From Desulfobacterales bacterium (GTDB taxonomy: Bacteria > Desulfobacterota > Desulfobacteria > Desulfobacterales > UBA2245), in contig JAXGZF010000005.1 of NCBI GenBank assembly GCA_040771865.1, positions 1 to 64,000 on the forward strand: a stretch of 64,000 bases of DNA, in the 5' to 3' direction. Positions 59,659 to 64,000 of the stretch are shown here, piece by piece. The translations under genes were made by a program, and so were the position numbers. The notes beneath the pieces are model-generated. The model saw only the letters and a program-made list of their open reading frames with translations. It did no database searches and was not told where the DNA came from. Position 1 is the stretch's first letter, and each line of letters opens with the position of its first letter.

Positions 59659-60991
59659 CACTGCTGTCCGGTTAACGTTTTTTGAATCGATATTAACATG
59701 CTATAATTATTTAAAATATAGCTAAATTTCAAAGGAAACGATTTGAATTTGGTCCGATTTGGTTGATACCCTCCTTCTCGGCACTCGACGACCAAAGGAG
59801 GGTTTCAAATGAATCAAGGCCAAACCGTTTTTTCTCAGATCATGCATTATCTACCACACAAACAATTCCGCCAATGCGTCGACCGCTACAAAGGCAATCA
59901 ACGTGTCCGTTCTTTTACATGCTTGGATCAGTATCTATGCATGGCCTTTGCGCAACTGACGTACCGGGAAAGCCTTCGCGATATTGAATGCTGTTTGCGT
60001 GCTTTTGCTTCCAAGCTCTACCATATGGGCATAAGGGGTCATGTCTCCAGAACAACTCTGGCCGATGCGAATGAAAACAGAGATTGGCATATTTACCGCG
60101 ACTTCGCCCACATTCTTATCCAACAGGCTCGAACTCTTTACAAACAAGACGATTTTGGCGTTGAACTTGACCAGACCGTCTACGCCCTCGATGCTTCCAC
60201 AATCGATTTATGTCTTTCTCTGTTTCCATGGGCCAACTTCCGCAGCGCCAAGGCCGCTGTAAAACTTCATACGCTCTTGGATTTGCGCGGCAATATCCCC
60301 ACTTTCATCGAAATCACCGATGGCAAAGTTCACGATGTAAACATCCTGGACATCCTCATCCCGGAACCCGGAGCAACCTATGTAATGGATCGCGGGTACC
60401 TGGATTTCCACCGGCTTTATAACATTCATCAAAGCGGCGCTTTTTTTATTATCCGAAAAAAGACCAACGCCGTTTTGCATCGGCTGTATTCACGACCAGT
60501 TGACAAAACAACAGGTCTGTACTTTGACCAGACCGTGACGTTGGTCAGCCCGAAGTCGAAAAAGGATTATCCGCAAAACCTGCGACTGGTGAAATTCCAC
60601 GATCCTGACTCCGGGAAAAAGCTGGCCTTTTTAACCAATCAATTCTCTTTACCTGCCTTTTCCATCGCTCAACTTTATAAATGCCGATGGCAAGTGGAGC
60701 TGTTCTTCAAATGGATCAAACAGCACCTTCGTATCAAAGCGTTTTACGGCCTATCTGAAAATGCCGTTAAGACTCAAATCTGGATCGCGGTTTCGGTATA
60801 CGTTCTTGTGGCGATCATTAAAAAACATCTTCGAATCGATTTGACTCTCTACACAATTTTGCAAGTCTTTAGCGTTACATTATTTGAGAAAATCCTGATT
60901 TCACAAGCCTTGGCGCCAGACTTCTACAAACCAAGAATTACTAGTGGATGTATCCAATTGAAATTATTCGATAGTTAACCGGACACTTGTG
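59659..60991. mobile_element. IS4-family insertion sequence, 1333 bp, with a 9-bp target duplication AGACTGACC
   Basis: Ends cactgctgtccggttaac / gttaaccggacacttgtg (15/18 inverted); AGACTGACC at 59650-59658 and 60992-61000. Confidence 0.93.
59809..60978 (+). CDS. IS4-family DDE transposase (DUF4372 + DDE_Tnp_1 type)
   Basis: QLTYRESLRDIE, LDASTIDL, KLHTLLD, VMDRGY, YKCRWQVELFFKWIKQ. Confidence 0.95.
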   Translation: MNQGQTVFSQIMHYLPHKQFRQCVDRYKGNQRVRSFTCLDQYLCMAFAQLTYRESLRDIECCLRAFASKLYHMGIRGHVSRTTLADANENRDWHIYRDFAHILIQQARTLYKQDDFGVELDQTVYALDASTIDLCLSLFPWANFRSAKAAVKLHTLLDLRGNIPTFIEITDGKVHDVNILDILIPEPGATYVMDRGYLDFHRLYNIHQSGAFFIIRKKTNAVLHRLYSRPVDKTTGLYFDQTVTLVSPKSKKDYPQNLRLVKFHDPDSGKKLAFLTNQFSLPAFSIAQLYKCRWQVELFFKWIKQHLRIKAFYGLSENAVKTQIWIAVSVYVLVAIIKKHLRIDLTLYTILQVFSVTLFEKILISQALAPDFYKPRITSGCIQLKLFDS

Positions 60992-61029
60992 AGACTGACC
61001 ATCAATAACGGTATGCGGTAAATGATAAT

Positions 61030-62232
61030 ATGGTGACGGAAGAACTGCTGAAAAAGATGTTGAATCGATCGGAATCGATGTTTGCGCAGGATCTCTCGGC
61101 GCATCGGAATACCGTTCAGCAGTCGGTTGCCGGAAGCCGCATTCTGGTCATCGGAGCGGCGGGGTCGATCGGCAGCGCATTTGTCAAGCAATTGATTCCC
61201 CATCGGCCGGACGTGCTGCATCTGGTCGATATCAGCGAGAACAACCTGGTCGAGGTCGTTCGCGATCTGCGTTCCTCACAGCTGGCGCTTCCGAAAGACT
61301 TCAAGACCTATCCGGTAGCGATGGGTTCCGAAGAATTTGAAAAACTGCTTCAGTATCAGAAGGCTTACGATTATGTCGTGAACTTTTCAGCCATGAAGCA
61401 TGTGCGTTCCGAGAAGGATCCCTTCAGTCTGATGCGAATGTACAACACGAACGTCTACTTTGTGAAAAAACTGCTGGAGGCACTTGAAGGTTCGGATATC
61501 CGTAAATTTTTTTCCGTATCTTCCGACAAGGCTGCTAATCCGGCCAGTGTCATGGGTGCGACCAAGACTTTTATGGAGAGAATATTGCTGGCCTTTGCGG
61601 AACGGATTCCCTTTTCCACCGCCCGGTTTGCCAACGTGGCCTTTTCCGACGGAAGCCTGCTGTATGGCTTTCTGCGGCGGCTGGAAAAAAGGCAGCCCTT
61701 TTCCGCACCGCATGACGTTAAGCGATATTTCATTTCCCATGAGGAAGCCGGTCAACTGTGCATTCTGTCCTGCTTTCTGGGAGAGAACCGGGACATTTTT
61801 TTCCCGAAGCTGAATGAGGACAGGGACTTGCGGACCTTTTCGGAAATCGCCGTAATGGTCCTCGAAGCACATGGTTGCAGACCGTATCTTTGCAATTCCG
61901 AGCAGGAGGCAAAGGAAAGGGCAGCCCGCATGAAATTGGGAACAAAGGACTGGCCGTGTTATTTTTTTGAGAGCGATACCACAGGGGAAAAGCCCATTGA
62001 GGAATTTTTTACGGACCTTGATCGGGTCGACCTGGCCCGGTACCGGAATATCGGGGTAATCAGCCAGCCGCCATGGAAGGACAGAGATCGGCTCGACCGC
62101 GCTTTGAGGACTTTTGAGAAGGTCCGCAGAAAGTCGTTTTGGCGGAAAGAAGACATGGTGGAGGCCATCCGCATCATCGTTCCGGAGCTGGAACATGAGG
62201 AAAAGGGTCGAAATTTGGATCAGAAGATGTGA
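61030..62232 (+). CDS. NDP-N-acetylglucosamine 4,6-dehydratase-like protein (Polysacc_synt_2 family)
   Basis: GAAGSIG, AMKHVRSE, SSDKAANP.SVMGATK, ARFANVAFSDGS, RYF. Confidence 0.88.
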   Translation: MVTEELLKKMLNRSESMFAQDLSAHRNTVQQSVAGSRILVIGAAGSIGSAFVKQLIPHRPDVLHLVDISENNLVEVVRDLRSSQLALPKDFKTYPVAMGSEEFEKLLQYQKAYDYVVNFSAMKHVRSEKDPFSLMRMYNTNVYFVKKLLEALEGSDIRKFFSVSSDKAANPASVMGATKTFMERILLAFAERIPFSTARFANVAFSDGSLLYGFLRRLEKRQPFSAPHDVKRYFISHEEAGQLCILSCFLGENRDIFFPKLNEDRDLRTFSEIAVMVLEAHGCRPYLCNSEQEAKERAARMKLGTKDWPCYFFESDTTGEKPIEEFFTDLDRVDLARYRNIGVISQPPWKDRDRLDRALRTFEKVRRKSFWRKEDMVEAIRIIVPELEHEEKGRNLDQKM

Positions 62233-62377
62233 AAATATAAAATGCAATTTACAGACATGCTGAAAGATGATGCCGACAGGTTCCTGCATGGGATATAATG
62301 CAGCATCGGGTTGACGAGGTAACGAGGAGGTTTGTAATATTAAACAATGAACGCAATCAAACCGTGACCGAATATAT

Positions 62378-63919
62378 ATGGAAATCAAGACTAAAATTCT
62401 GATCGTGTTTATTACCTCTTTGTTGCTGTCGCTTTTTCTGACCCCATTGGCCGGACGGCTCGGGTTTAAATTCAGGGCGATTGACCATCCCGGTGAGCGC
62501 AAGGTTCATTTAAATCCAACTCCAAGAACCGGCGGATTGGCCATTTTTGTGACGTTTGTCGTGGGTCTGATCTCTTGCCGGTATTTTGTAACAGACTTTG
62601 CAGATTTTCTGCCGAACGATTTCCGGTTGGATCTGTTTTTTTCAGGAGCTGCGCTGATTTTCGGAGTCGGATTATGGGATGATTTCAAAAGACTCGGGCC
62701 CTGGACAAAACTTTTTGTCCAGATTATCGGCGCCAGTTTAGCTTATTTTGGAGGCGTGCGGATAACGAACCTGGCGGGTTTCATGAATATTGACCTGCAA
62801 TGGGTCGGTTATATCGTCACGATTTTCTGGTTTACGCTTTTCATCAACGCTATTAATCTTGTGGACGGCCTGGACGGACTGGCTGCGGGACTTGTTTGCT
62901 TCACCTCGCTGGTCATGGCAGCTCTGGGTTTATTGAAACAAAACTATTTTGCGGCGACCCTGTTTGCGGTTCTGGCCGGAAGTGTCATGGGATTTTTGCG
63001 GTATAATTTCAATCCAGCCACCATTTTTCTGGGAGATGGGGGGAGCTATCTGCTCGGTTATCTAGTAGCGGGGCTTTCGGCCTTGACTTCGCTGAAAACC
63101 AATGTGGGCGCAACCATGTTGATTCCTCTGCTTGCCTTGGGAATACCGGTGTTTGACGCGCTGCTTTCCCCGGTTCGTCGTTTTATTCGAGGGCAGGAGA
63201 TGTTCATGCCGGACAACAGGCATATTCATCATCGACTTCTGGCCATGGGTCTGACAGCACGAAAGGCTGTGTGGCTGATCTACGCCATATCGATTTGTCT
63301 GTGTGCAACAGCGATTTTCCTGGTCAATCTGCGGGATGAGCAGTCCGGCTTGATTTTGATCCTTCTGGCAGCCGGTTCTGTATTGTTCATTCGAAAGTTG
63401 GGATATCTGGACTATCTGGCTTCGGATAAGATGCTGGGGTGGTTTCAGGACGTGACCGATTCGGTGGGCGTGAGCCGGGAGAAGCGGGGCTTTTTAAATA
63501 TTCAGATTGAAATCAACCGGGCAGAAAACTGTGAACAGCTGTGGACTCATTTAATTGACGCACTGGAAATGCTCAATTTTGATCGATGCGATCTGAAATT
63601 AAATGGATTCTGCCGGGCGCCGGGTTTCTCTGAGGATGGAGAGGCTCATATTTTGCGCTGGAATCGTATGAACGGAGACAACGATGTCCTGAAACGAACG
63701 CTTCGTATCGATCTCCCGCTTGTCGGCTCTGATAAAAGATGCTTTGGCAACCTGGTGCTGGAAAAAGATGTTATAAACCATGAAATTGGGCACTATACAC
63801 TCAAACGCGTTGAGCATCTCAGAAGAAATATCATTAAATCCATGGAGAAATTTGATACAAATCCTCCGCAAAACCATGAGCGTCGGTCTTCGCAGACAAA
63901 TGATACAACCCAACCTTGA
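62378..63919 (+). CDS. wecA: WecA/MraY-family undecaprenyl-phosphate GlcNAc-1-phosphate transferase with a C-terminal soluble extension
   Basis: RKVH..PTPRTGG, GLWDD, NAINLVDGLDGL, NFNPATIFLGDGG, PDNRHIHHRL. Confidence 0.88.
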   Translation: MEIKTKILIVFITSLLLSLFLTPLAGRLGFKFRAIDHPGERKVHLNPTPRTGGLAIFVTFVVGLISCRYFVTDFADFLPNDFRLDLFFSGAALIFGVGLWDDFKRLGPWTKLFVQIIGASLAYFGGVRITNLAGFMNIDLQWVGYIVTIFWFTLFINAINLVDGLDGLAAGLVCFTSLVMAALGLLKQNYFAATLFAVLAGSVMGFLRYNFNPATIFLGDGGSYLLGYLVAGLSALTSLKTNVGATMLIPLLALGIPVFDALLSPVRRFIRGQEMFMPDNRHIHHRLLAMGLTARKAVWLIYAISICLCATAIFLVNLRDEQSGLILILLAAGSVLFIRKLGYLDYLASDKMLGWFQDVTDSVGVSREKRGFLNIQIEINRAENCEQLWTHLIDALEMLNFDRCDLKLNGFCRAPGFSEDGEAHILRWNRMNGDNDVLKRTLRIDLPLVGSDKRCFGNLVLEKDVINHEIGHYTLKRVEHLRRNIIKSMEKFDTNPPQNHERRSSQTNDTTQP

Positions 63920-64000
63920 CGTCACAATTATTCTGGTACCAGCCTTCATGTTTTGTGCCGGTACCGGTTGTGGGCGCTGAAAGATGTTTTTCGATCATCC

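Noticed and set aside
1..64000. CRISPR array, tRNA or rRNA genes, prophage or integrase
   Set aside because: I saw no regularly spaced short repeats, cloverleaf or rRNA-like tracts, or phage/integrase ORFs by eye; a covariance-model scan would be needed to exclude small RNAs.

Overview
Bacterial chromosomal window. Gene content and protein style suggest a Desulfobacterota (deltaproteobacterial sulfate-reducer-like) genome; this is inference. (1) 1-16.5 kb is an accessory cell-surface locus. It holds a 5'-truncated Ig-repeat protein with a Gly-rich CFI-type C-terminal anchor, then a sigma54 promoter with palindromic upstream sites. Next come a signal-peptide Rhs/YD protein with an AT-rich 151-aa tip and no adjacent immunity gene, and a frameshifted ~1456-aa multidomain protein (YD hairpin-PKD-BACON-propeller-FN3-2xDUF1566-dockerin) whose two DUF1566 ends look like DGR variable repeats. 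The locus ends with an STN-like/S8 subtilase and a convergent stand-alone cohesin protein. (2) 16.6-28.8 kb: uup, rnhA, a TPR protein, a sigma28-driven small gene, an HD-GYP regulator, an SLT and a hybrid kinase, then a DUF134-Mrp-pyrD-ferritin-like block bracketed by two 143-bp MITE copies. (3) 28.9-37.6 kb: ilvD-ilvB-ilvN-ilvC-cimA-leuA under a complete Ile/Leu/Val leader-peptide attenuator; IlvC has an acidic, probably NADH-type cofactor loop. (4) 37.6-54 kb housekeeping genes: topA, dprA, cpoB, secF, secD, yajC, rne, leuS, lptE, rpsT, murJ, ftsB. (5) 54-64 kb surface-glycan genes (gmd, fcl, ugd, uxs, sugar transferase, dehydratase, WecA-like) with an intact IS4 element and its 9-bp target duplication. 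I found no rRNA, tRNA, CRISPR array or reverse transcriptase. All family assignments come from recognising motifs by eye, not from database searches.
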